Origin: Eledone cirrhosa
Lineage: Eukaryota
NCBI GenBank assembly: GCA_964016885.1
Contig: OZ024742.1
Coordinates: 113,274,001 to 113,338,000, forward strand
Reading direction: 5' to 3'
Length of the DNA stretch: 64,000 nt
Below the pieces are notes generated by a model that was given only the letters and a program-made list of their open reading frames with translations, was not told the origin of the DNA and did not search any database. A program made the translations under genes and the position numbers. The first letter of the stretch is position 1. Every line of letters begins with the position of its first letter. This document shows, piece after piece, positions 11,171 through 23,253 of the stretch.

Positions 11171-13457
11171 TGTTAACTTCCCTCATATTATTGTACAAGA
11201 GCTACTATCATCTCTCTGTCCATCTTGCTTTTTGTTTCTTAAATGTAAGTAATACATACCTCTCCTAATTTGTTATGACACGCTAGCTTTATACAGACAT
11301 GTTTACATAAATAACTAGTAAATATATCTATAGCTTGAAGGTCTCCCCCTTTTGGAGGAATGTAAATCCAACATGTGATTAAATATTAAAGGAAGAATCT
11401 CTCATATTACTTTATGTACAAAATGCTGGAAACAAGTTGAAACACTTCTAGTTGTAATTACTTGTGACGAGGAATGATTGAGGCGAATGTCTATTGCAGG
11501 TATAGATATACAATTCAAAATCAAAGTTTATCATACAACGAGAATCATGTTGCGTAGATGCTCTTGTAAATAAATAATCTGTTGCTTGGTATTTCAAAGG
11601 AAACATATATACGCACATCTTTATGTACATTGTGTCATTTTCATTCGAGTTCCGGTTACATGCATGTGATGTATGCAATTGCTCAGAAAGTATTCTTTAT
11701 AATGTTATTACTTTTAAACTGTGGATTTAATGTCATTGTTTTAAAATATGTATATAATATATGGAAATGTATTCATCTCTCTATTGAATAAAATTTGAAA
11801 AAATATTATTTCGATTATCAGGAATGAAATTATTCGGCATTCGATGTAGAGAATGTTTGAGGTCGTACATTAATTACAAAATCTAGTGAAGCTACGCGTT
11901 AATAATACGAAAGTCACTAATGAGACATGATACCAAATAATTCGGATTCCGCACATACATACACTAGACAATATTGCCGAATTTTATGTATTTTATTGTC
12001 TCTTGGAGGAAGTAGAAATCAGATTGAGATATAAAATCATTACTAAAAGGAAGAAATTTGATTCGCGTTTCGTCAACAATGAACGATTTGTGTGTTCCAT
12101 AATACATAAATGTGGCATCATAGCTTTTTTTTTTCAACATTATAATGTATAAGATATGGAGGTAATAACATTGGAATTAAAAACATATACACAGTTATAA
12201 AGCAGCAACATTATAATTTTTTTTTTTTGTTATATAAACGATTTTGCTCAATAAACAAATCTGTATTTAACAAGAAGCTGAACAACACATAATTACTTTC
12301 ATGAGATTAAAATATACACAATGTGAAAACGTGTAGATTTGCCAATATCAGTCGTTGATAGTCTTTAGTAGGGAAACGTGAAAGTCATAAAATAATCTCA
12401 TATTAGTGTTTATTTCACTCTTAAATCATCTAAATCGGTGATATTTGTAGAAATCTGTTTCAGATTAAGAATTAGGAAACCATAAAAAACATATCCCTCT
12501 TTCAAATGTGTTATTTCTTTAATACTATAACGAAAAGCAAATATTGATCAAATAATTGAGAAAAAGCATTTCGTTCTCTTGTAGATTATAGTTGGTAATT
12601 ATGAATAATAGGAAATGACTGATGAAAACCAACAATCAGTAGTGGACGCTATTTTTATGATAATGGAATTCGTACAATGATATGAACATATTCTCATTTA
12701 ATAAACGCTGATATGTTATTGTCGTAGAGAACAGCTTATTACGTTAATAATTGCTGTAAAATAATTCTACTGCGATGGAGATTCTGAATTATTGAAGCGG
12801 ATTAAAATATATATATATACTTATGTGTTTAGTTTTATTAGTGGGTGTGAGCGCATGTGTAGATGTATACATACTTGTTTTATATAAAATCAGATATCCA
12901 GACACAAATTAGATGTAATACTTAGAAAATATCTTTTTAAAGGCAAACATATAGGAGCACAAGTAGTCTACAATTGACTGGCTATGACTGCATTACATTC
13001 ATCTGTAATATTCTATGAACGATTTAAATAAATATATTCATTCAATTATAGATTGATATATCGATTGAAATTTCAATATCATTTCCCAAAGCGAGCGATA
13101 GAAAAAAATGTTAACAAGATATGTTGACGCATCATTCCGCTCTATATGTATTTAAACATATCTTGTGTAAGCGTCAAATTAACTTATGTTAAGAAACTAT
13201 TCACTTCGAATGGCCAAAAAGAATGATGCACTTGAGTTTGCACTAAATATGATAAAGCGTTTGGAGAGAATGCTTTCAAATACATGTCTACTGGATGAGT
13301 TCTCACGTCCGTCGAAGCAACAAAAATGTGTAATATCCCGTTGGAAATTGAATTATTCCATCATTAACTGCGATAACATGATTATTGCCGTTAATCTGGT
13401 GAAACCATTGATATCAATGATCAACTGATGTTAGCTGTAATAAAAATCGTGTAATAG

Positions 13458-13552
<95 letters not shown>

Positions 13553-13556
<4 letters not shown>

Positions 13557-13909
13557 ACATACTTATATTTAAGTAACAGTCATACTAAGAGTGAGAAATG
13601 AAATTTCGTTTCATTTTTTTCCGTTAACCGTTTTCTGTACCCCGGCCGATTAACTCACTCGATATGCAAATTAGACTGATCAGCCGTTAATATGCACAAG
13701 GAAAGTATATACTTTCAGACGTTCAATCATCTGGCAGGAAGGTATACGTTGCTGACGGTAGCTAATAGGCTTGAAACTATTACAGCGTTCCTCTGTCTGT
13801 GTTGAACAAATGAGCAACGGCGGTTGCTAGACAATGTACGGCTTAATTCGGGATGTTTGTTTACAAACACAAAGGGCATTATATAAATGTTCGGTGAATC
13901 CATACGTAC

Positions 13910-13944
<35 letters not shown>

Positions 13945-13948
13945 CATG

Positions 13949-13998
<50 letters not shown>

Positions 13999-14098
13999 CT
14001 ACTGTACGTATGTATACATATATGTATGTACGTGTACATATCTTTAAGTAACAGCCGTACTAAGAGTGAGAAATAAAATTTCGTTTCATTTTTTCCGT
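13553..14098 (+). mobile_element. Retrozyme-like repeat, ~1.1 units with terminal redundancy; decayed HHR at 13734-13794
   Basis: Homologous to 41191-41984. ~13554-13620 is repeated at ~14033-14098. HHR reads ACGTTG-CTGACGG-TAGCTAATAGGCTT-GAAA-CTAT-TA-CAGCGT. Abuts (TA)n. Confidence 0.75.
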
Positions 14099-14129
14099 TT
14101 CTTTTTAGCCTGCCAATTTGGGCATCCTA

Positions 14130-15525
14130 AGATGTTTAAATCTACGTGGCATGGGGTAATCATGAAAGTATGGTAGACCAATGAACGGTATAATGTCATT
14201 ACAAATAGATATGAATGCCTTCAGTGAATACTAACATTTCCAACGGACACGCACGAGCCCCCACTTTCCATGGCTAGCAGTTCTCTGCATCTCTTAGTCG
14301 GCCGGGAATGTGAGGTGAGTTGGCAGAGCTGTTTGGGAAAGTCTGGATCTCGTTGTAAAATCGATCTTGGACACAGAAGATACGTTGGTGGTCATTGACG
14401 CGACCAATAGTGGAAGTAGTGACTTTAGACTGTTGCGCGTCTACGCTCCGACCGTGGCCGGACGACCGGATTTCTTTATGCGCCTGGAAGCCTTTCTGGA
14501 AATGTCTCGCCTTTTATTGTTAGCATTGAGAAGGAACGGTCTTTTAGAGGCACCTTTGCATTCTATTGGTGTAGGTAGTTGGAGTGATGGTATGAAAAAG
14601 TCTCAAGTATCTGATTAGCTAGTTACAACTGTATGACAGGTAAGGAATATGATTCCCTAATGCGCCAGTATGGAACTGGACCAAGCGCATAGTTTTATAT
14701 AGATCGTATATTCAAAGGACTTTCGTTGTATCAGCAGTTAAGAGTATCACAGGTTCTCGACATAATCATATGGTCGCCAATTCAGATAACACATGTGTAA
14801 AATGCATTGTCGACCTAGACAGGACACGCACGTTAGTACCTGGTTACTGGAAGCTGAATATTCCGTTTCAGTCAGGTAAAGCTGACCGTGATCGGGTCAA
14901 CAATTAAGAAAATCAAAGTTTGATAGGGGTTTCATCAACAACATTTGATGCTGGGCTCTCAAATTAGAGATTAAAGTACTCTCGAATGGTGTTAGTAAAG
15001 ATGTAGCGTTAGGAAACATAGAAAGGGGGACCAGGCAATTAAATTAGACAAGGATATTAGTAGTCGCATTGCAACTGACGTTCTATCGATGAGAATGGCA
15101 TTAAGCCATTACTTCAATGCAAAACGCAAAGGTTGCATTGTCAGTGCTATGGCGCGTGTTCTGAGATACGAGGGAACGAAAGCTCCTCGATGGCCCCGCG
15201 TCGGACAGTCACAACGTGGAAACGAACCAGAATTTCGTCTTTGACGGATCAAGACACACTCGAGATGGACGATCCCTGTTAGATATGTGAGACCTTTCGC
15301 CAGCACTTTGTTCGTGTGAATGGGACTACGCTCAGTATATCCATGTAGGCTAGTTGATTTGAGGGGGAGAGGGGTATCCTTCCTGGGTGCATTCTAAGCG
15401 TCAGATGTTTCAGGATTGCTGGGTACCTGTGTGAACCTTTGATAATTTGTGTTTACTGGATTTCATTGTAAAACCCCACTGACACTGGGCTTTTTACTGT
15501 CCCTGATGTGTCGGCTTTTGTGACC
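14130..15525 (+). mobile_element. Tx1/L1-clade LINE relic (APE endonuclease and linker, internally deleted)
   Basis: CLNLRG, LVVIDATNSGSSDFRLLRVYAPTVAGRPDFFMRLEAFL, PGYWKLN, KGCIVSA.ARVL. Confidence 0.75.
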
Positions 15526-15550
15526 AATTATTATTATTATTAATAATAAT

Positions 15551-15753
15551 TGTTTCTACATTTGGCACAAGGCCAGCAATTACCCAGTGTATTACTGTTA
15601 CTTTATTTTATCGACCCCGAAAGGATGAAAGGCAAAGTTAACCTCGGCGGGATTTGATCTCAGAATGGCAAGGACCGTAACTCTATGCGTCAAAGCAGGG
15701 CGTCCAACCCTCTACCGATACTGCCAATCCTCCTCCCTTGCCAATCCCCCGCC
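15551..15753 (-). mobile_element. Full-length tRNA-derived SINE (family 1) with 21-bp target site duplication
   Basis: A box TGGCAGTATCGG, B-box-like GATCAAATCC. Identical ATTATTATTATTAATAATAAT at 15530-15550 and 15754-15774. Confidence 0.9.
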
Positions 15754-17098
15754 ATTATTATTATTAATAATAATACTATTCAATTTAATATAAAGAGAAC
15801 CATATTTTCTCTGAGTTTCAATTTCACGTTAACTGTCTAATGATAGTAGACAAATATTTACATTTATTTTGGCATCTATCTTATCAATTTTAATTTAAGA
15901 TATTTTCTCTCACACTGTTCTATATCCTTACCACCAAATATATACCCCTTCTTCTTCTCATTTCTTATAAAATTCCTCCCGGAGTATCATAACATTTAAC
16001 ATAAAATCTTTCTTTTAAATAAATATTTTCACTCAGCATTCTTCTCTGGATATATGTATACAGATACCTGCGGTAAATGAACAACGTAACCTCTGAAAAA
16101 TATGCCTTTCAATAAGGAGTTTCATCTATGTTATGTGTAGTTACATCAATAGTGTTTGACCTTTCTTCCATTAAGTAATCCCATTCGAATACGTTACGTT
16201 TGATATAATCGACGTAATTATTAGAAATATGTGTTCTGTCAGGGCAGAATTCCGTTGAATAAAACTAATGAAATGAAGCAATAGCTGTTCCATAACAACG
16301 ACAATTCAGAAAATTAGATTTCACATGGAATGTTAGTTTGATTCAGCCATACACTTGAAGGCAAATATATTGCATAAACGTCAATATCTAAGAGTAAATT
16401 ACTTCACCTGAATCAAAAGTAATGTCATTTCTTTAACATTTTAATGAATAGTATTCTCATGGTGAAATAACTATCTATTTGTGGAAGGGTTGCAAAACCT
16501 GCAAATCTCAGAGGAACATCATCTCGGTTAATTATTTGCTTGCTGCAATCATTTTTATGTAGGTCTACTATGATGTTTTTAAAAATGGGCTCTGCAATTA
16601 CTACGTTGAATCAAATCATATTTTTTTCTTATATCGGCTGACTACTGTAATCATTGAGAAAAACGGCACCTGACAGCAGTCCACTTCCAAATTAGGATGT
16701 TAAACGAAACAAATATGAATGTTATAGCATGTTATGCTAAATTCGATATTGCTAGCCTCGTGGAGTTATGACATTCCGAGATAATGCAGAAAAAAGACAA
16801 ATGCAAGAGAAAAACAAAAACTGAAAAATAGATGTTTGTTAAAAATAATAAAAAAAAGAAAAACAGTTAAAATCACTCAGAGCCGGGAAATAATATGCCA
16901 TGGCTTGGTATGAGGAATAAAATCCCATATTTGCTATCAATATATATATACTGGGGCAACACGTTACCAGTTGGCTTACGTTCACCTAAAAGTATTATTT
17001 TAAAATGATGTCCACTGAATAATAATTTTTGAAATATTAAAATATATACACCCGTGTCTATAATGTAAAATTAAATTGCAAGGCACATAAATGGGTGT

Positions 17099-17133
<35 letters not shown>

Positions 17134-17592
17134 AATATATATACATGCGTGTCTGTGACCTATATACAATGTTCATAGACACACACATTTATATATATAT
17201 ATACACACATACACATACACATATACATATATATACAGAGCAATACCACCAGCTATCTTTTCCTTTACTGTCTCCAACTCTCTCCCTCTCTCGCACTCTC
17301 TGTCTCTCTTTCAATCTACTCTCGCACAACCACAATCACGTTCTTTCTATCTTTCTCTGCCTCTCTATTTGTGAAGGTAACCGGGAAAACCTTGTATCTC
17401 GGGAAATCATGGTTCGATTCATGCGAAACTCATTTTATTCCACTAGTATTCGCATTTCAGGGGCAAATACCTTTCAAAGAAATTTCTCATTATGCGCCAT
17501 TTTGGCAGTAGTAAATTACAGACAGGCACACGATCACAGAATTTTAGAAGCAGCAATATTATTTTTATTATTATTATTATTATGATTGTTCT

Positions 17593-20500
17593 TTGAGTCT
17601 CAGTCATTGATGTTAGTTAACTGGAAAGTTTGTTGAAATGAATATCGAGCCAAGACCTGCAGCCTCGGATATTCAGGACCTATCGGAGGGTTCTTGCTCT
17701 TCCCAGCATACATGCCTTTTGAAGCGTTCCAAAAAGCGTGGCGGGGCCAATTTTCTTTAACCATCCCTGGAAACATTTTGAGATAGTACCTAGTGCGCCT
17801 ATGACAATCAGGACCACTTTGACATCATGGCAGTTCCAAATCCTTTCCCTCCCACTTTAAGTCCTGGTATCGGTTAATTTTCTCCTTCTCCTTCTCTTGA
17901 ACTCTCGTGTCGAATGGGCAGGCCACATCCACAATCATGCACGATCCTTTTTCCTTGTGAAAAACCACCAGGTCAGGTCTATTGTGTTCCAGTTTCTTGT
18001 CTGTGTGTATCCTAAAATCCCACAGCACCTTCACCTAATCGTTTTCTATAACCGACTCTGGCTTATGCTCATACCACTTCTCACAATGTGGTAAATTATT
18101 TACTTTGCATAGCTGCCAGTGGATCACCCTGCCCATCACATCATGTCTCCAGCCCTTATAGTGAGTCTGGGCTAGGTGTTTACACTCGGATACAATGTGA
18201 GCCACAGTCTCCTCTCTCTCTCTACAGATTCTGCACAGTGGGCTAGCCTCCTCCTTGTACATATGGTGTTTGATCCACTTCGTTTTGAGGGCCTGCTCTT
18301 GCGCAGCCATTAGCATTCGTTCTGTAGCCTTTTTAAGGTCTCCTCTTTTCAACCAGTTCCATGTCTGTGGATCTCTGAATTCCGTTTTCTCAAAGAAAAG
18401 GGATTTTTCATGAAGGTTGCTCTTCCTCCTTGTTGTTATTTCCTCCTTGGACATCCCCTGGTCTATTATCCTCTCCTTCAGTACGATTCTGAGCATTGGC
18501 TCCTTACTATCAGTCACGTATTTGTGTAGGTTGCTTTTCTCCATCTGAACACAGTCCTCTATGCTGATAAGACCTCTTCCACCTTCAGATCTCCTTAAGT
18601 TGAGTCTATCGACATCATTCCTCTTGTGGAACATGTTGTAGATAGTCAATAGCCTCCTAGTCTTCCTATCCATTTCTTTTTGTTCAGCAACATTCCATCT
18701 CAGAATTCCCGCATTGCACCTAATAATAGACACAGCTCGGGAATTTACTGCACTTATGACATTCCTACTGTTCAGATGTGACTTTAATACGGTCCTTACA
18801 CTCCGAATGTATTCAGATCTTATCAATTCCTTCATTTTTTTTGTTCTTGATGTCATCAGCCTCCAGAACACCCAAACACTTGTATCCTTCTTCAGTGTCA
18901 AATTCCTTTATCATCTCACCTGTTGGTATCTGGATTCCGTTGCTTCTGCTCAATTTAACCCTCTTCATCACAAGGACCCCACACTTACTAATACCAAATT
19001 GCATACATATATTTTTGATGAAAATACGGACAGTGTCAACAAGCACATCCAACTCCCTCTCACTCTTTCCGAAGAGCTTAAGATCGTCCATGAAGAGGAG
19101 GTGTTTGATGGTAAGCTCTCCCTTTCTGTTTTCCAGGACTTCATACTTTCGCTCAACAAATGTCTGATGTTATCTGCCACCCTGAAGACCTCTAGGCTTA
19201 TGGTTATCCAAGAATAAGGTACCATGTCGAATGCCTTTTTGTAGTCCATCCATCCCATGGCAAGACCAGTGTGTCCCCTCTTGCAATTCCTCATTACTAT
19301 CTTATCAATAAGTAACTGTTATTTTGTACCACGGGTCTTCTTTCGACATCCTTTCTGTTCGTCCAGTAACATGTTGTTTATATGGAGGTGATGGTAGATT
19401 TCCTCAGACACTATACTTGTTTACAGTTTCCACATTATCGTCAGACATGTGATAGGTCTATAGTTGGTAACATCATTACCCTTGGTTCGGGCTTTCATTA
19501 CCAAAACTGTGGTACCTTTTGTCAACCACTCTCGTATCTCACCTTACATCAAGCAGTCATTGAACATGGTTATCAGTTTCGTGTGGAGGGATGTTATATT
19601 TTTAATCCAATACCCCTGCACACTGGTGATTTCCAGTTGGTTAGTTTACTGGCCTGCCCCTTAAGAGTTTCAACTGTGATACTCAAATCAGTTCTTTTGT
19701 GTGCCTATTCACTAATCTCCTTTTGTAATGTCTCAATCCATCCTGCTCCCATATTCCACTCCAGAATGTCTTAGTTTGTTCCGCCTCAGGGATGAAGTCG
19801 TTGCCTCTTTCTTTCCTTTCAAGCTATCCAAGCAACATCTTCTGGTTGTTGTCAAACATGCGGTTCTGTCTATACTGACTGACTCTACTCCCGTATCGCC
19901 TAATCTTTGCACTCGTTGCTACAATGCGTTGCTTCAGCTGTTCTATGATAATATTTAGCTTTTTCTCCTCGTGTTGTACTTTATTTCCAGTCTAATTTCA
20001 TGTCTATGTTTTGTAGTGTCAGTAGGGACTCAAGCTTTCCAATGTCATTTCTCATTTCCCCGATTTGACCATTCAGTCGTTTCTTCCACCAAGGTTCGGA
20101 TCTTTCTTGTTTGTTGTTTCCTCTCGCGTTTATGCCAAGTGATTTCCTCACCGCATTTGCTGTTGCTTTGAGGATATTGTTGCACTGGTGTAGGTTCCTC
20201 GCATCAAGGTATGGGATGGCTTTGTTTACCTTAGCTGTTGTTTCTTTTAACTTTTTCCTCTCTACAAATCTTAGGTTCATAGGTTTCCCACTATCATTGT
20301 TAATTTCATCTACCACTAAGTTCAGGATATCAACCAAATCTTGTCCTAGCCCGTCAGCATACATTTACTCAATTGCCGTATCTTTGTCCCAGGTATTATT
20401 TATTTCAGCATTCAGATCATTGTCTTCTTCGGTTGCTTCCTCCGTTCTCTCAACCTCTTCACCTTCATCTCCCACTGGCACGTTTCCCTGACATACTCCA

Positions 20501-21675
20501 CTCTCCATTTACAATCTAATCTCTCTGCTCAGTTCCTCCAGTTCCAGCCCGCTTATCCACCCATTAGTAGTTATTACCCGAGCCTGCCCGGCCAATTTTT
20601 GTTCATCTAATTTAAATAGACCAATCTCGTTCCAGATGCTATGCATCAGTTTCCTATAGCCTTTTTCCTTGGGTTTCTCTTCAGGTAACATTGCATAACA
20701 GTTCTATTGAATGCTTTCGTCCAGTTGGTTCTGGTCCCTTTCCTTATTCTTCCTCCAAGACTAGCAGTATTGGTATGATAGCCAGGTACTTGCTTCTGGG
20801 CCAGGGAGCACTTGCTGGGTGAGAGTCTGTCACATGACATTCCAGTCTCCACTTCACCGTAATTCGAACTGTTTAGTTTCGCCATTTAAACACTCATATC
20901 GAGGATTGCTGAATGTATGGTTGCATAACCACCGGTGATTTCATCACCCCGGTGATTTTAGCGTGGCACTGTCACGCTGTAGACGAACATAAATAAACAA
21001 ACAAACAAACAGGCAAAACTCCCCCCAAATAAGCATAAGTTTCATTGCAATGTAATGTTTGAATGGCTGACTTAGTTTGTTTGCCTGTCTGTCCGTCTGT
21101 CTGTTTTTCTTTTCTTTTTTCTTTCTTTACGTGTTTCGATGCTGCTGTGCTGTTTTTTTAATTTTTAGTTTTGATTTTCTGATTTGTCTTCAAATCAGTC
21201 TACTTCTAGTTTTTGATGCCTTCCTCATTTAGTAGGAATACTACGATGCCTGTCTTAGCAGGAGGTAGTGGGATAGAATAGCGACGGTAGCGATAATGAG
21301 GCGGTGGTGGTGGTGGTGGTGATGTGCTAGTAGTACATAGCAGGAGGTAGTGGGAGAGAATAGCGGCGGTAGCGATAATGAGGCAGTGGTGATGGTGATG
21401 TGATCGTAGTACTGTAGTGTTGAAGTACTGTGGTGTTGAAGTTGAAGTAGAAATATAATTTGAAGTTTTTGGAGTGGTAGTGGTGAAGGTGGGCGGTGGT
21501 GGAGTTGGTGGTGAAATGATTTGCCTGTCTGTCCACTTAGCCATTTTTTCACTTTTTCGACTATAAAATTTCTGATCCAAAATTAAATATTAAATATCGG
21601 GGCCCTATGCCATAATGTGATGCGTTGTCGCTTGCTGAATGTTAAACTGTAATCTTATATTTAATTTGTAATTAT
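17593..21675 (-). mobile_element. R4/Dong-clade non-LTR retrotransposon, near full length, disrupted (same family as 56360-60904)
   Basis: NYRPIT, WMDYKKAFD, FMDDLKL, CRIC...HIVSEC, RHD, NRPDLVV, DVACP. Many frameshifts; ~150-bp deletion near 19125 removes QGDSLSP. Ends at (ATT)n. Confidence 0.93.
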
Positions 21676-21716
21676 TTTATTATTATTATTATTATTATTA
21701 TTGTTGTTGTTATTCC

Positions 21717-23174
21717 TTGAATCTCAGTCATTGAGGTTGGTTAACTGGAAAGTCCGTTGGAATGAATATCAAGCCACTACCTGCAGCCTCAGATATTCAG
21801 GAGGTATCGGAGGGTCCTTGCTGTTCCAAGCAAGCATGCCTTTTGAAGCGTTCCAAGCGTGAAGGGGCCGATTTTCTTTAACCATCCCTGGAAACTTTTG
21901 GAGATAGTCCCCAGTGCGCCTATGACAATCGGGATCACTTTGACTTCATGGCAGTTCCAAATCCTTTTCACCTCCCACTTTAGGTCCTGGTATCGGTTAA
22001 TTTTCTCCCTCTCCTTCTCTTGCACTCTCGTGTCGAAAGGGCAGGCCACATCCACAATCAGACACGATCTTTTTTCTTTGTCCACAACCACCAGGTCAGG
22101 TATATTGTGTTCCAGTTTTTTGTCCATCTGTATCCTAAAATCCCACAGCACCTTCACCTGATTGTTCTCCATCACAACATCTGGCCTATGCTCATACCAT
22201 TTCTCAGAATGTGGTAAATTGTTTACTTTGCACAGGTGCCAGTGGATCACCCTGCCCATCACATCATGTCTCCAGCCCTTATAGTGGGTCTGGGCTAGGT
22301 GTTTACACTCGGACACAATGTGAGCCACAATCTCCTCTCTCTCTCCACAGATCCTGCACAGAGGGCTAGCCTCCTCCTTGTAAATATGGTGCTTCAACCA
22401 CTTCGTTTTGAGGGCCTGCTCTTGAGCAGCCATTAGCATTCCTTCTGTAGCCTTTTTGTGGTCTCCTCTTCTCAACCAGTTCCATGTCTGTGGATCTCTA
22501 AATTCAGTTTTCTCAAAGAAGGTACTATGAAGGGATTTTCCCTTAAGGCTGCTCTTCCTCCTTGATGTTATTTCCTCCTTGGACATCCCCTGGCCTACTG
22601 TCCCCTCCTTCAATACAGTTCTGAGCATTGGCTCCTTACTATAGGTCACGTATTTGTATAGGTTGTTTTTCTCCATCTGAGCACAGTCCTCTATGCTGAT
22701 AAGACCTCTTCCACCCTCAGAGGTCCTTAGGTAGAGTCTATCGACATCACTCCTCTTGTGGAACATGTTGTAGATAGTCAATAGGTTCCTAGTCTTCCTA
22801 TCCATTTCTTTTTGTTCCGCAACATTCCATCTCAGAATTCCTGCACTGTACCTAATAATAGACACAGCTCGGGAATGTACTGCACTTATGGCATTTCTGC
22901 TGTTCAGATGTGACTTCAATACGCTCTTTATTCTCCGAATGTATTTAGTTCTTAACAATTCCTTCATTTTTTTGTTCTTTATGCCAACAGCCTCCAGAAC
23001 GCCCAAATACGTGTATCCTTCCTCAGAGTCAATTTCCTTTATCATCTCACCTGTTGGTATCTGGATCCCGTTACTTCTGCTCAATCTACGCCTCCTCATC
23101 ACAATGACTCCACATTAACTAATACCAAACTGCATACATATATCACTGCTGAAAATACGGACAGTGTCAACAAG

Positions 23175-23176
<2 letters not shown>
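21717..23176 (-). mobile_element. 5'-truncated R4/Dong copy with open RT C-terminus, CCHC finger and RLE
   Basis: ORF 21789-23102 (437 aa) is nearly identical to the copy at 59444-60904; (ATT)n on both sides. Confidence 0.95.
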
Positions 23177-23211
<35 letters not shown>

Positions 23212-23213
23212 GA

Positions 23214-23252
<39 letters not shown>

Positions 23253-23253
<1 letters not shown>

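Noticed and set aside
13200-13434. Minus-strand acceptor followed by YQWFHQING (Ig-like)
   Set aside because: Stops in every frame and no conserved cysteines.
16068-16407. Minus-strand exon-like segment (GEVIYS...EWDY...YFSEVTLFIYRR) faintly like a Cys-loop receptor ectodomain
   Set aside because: Four in-frame stops, no C-x13-C or FPxD loop, weak donor.
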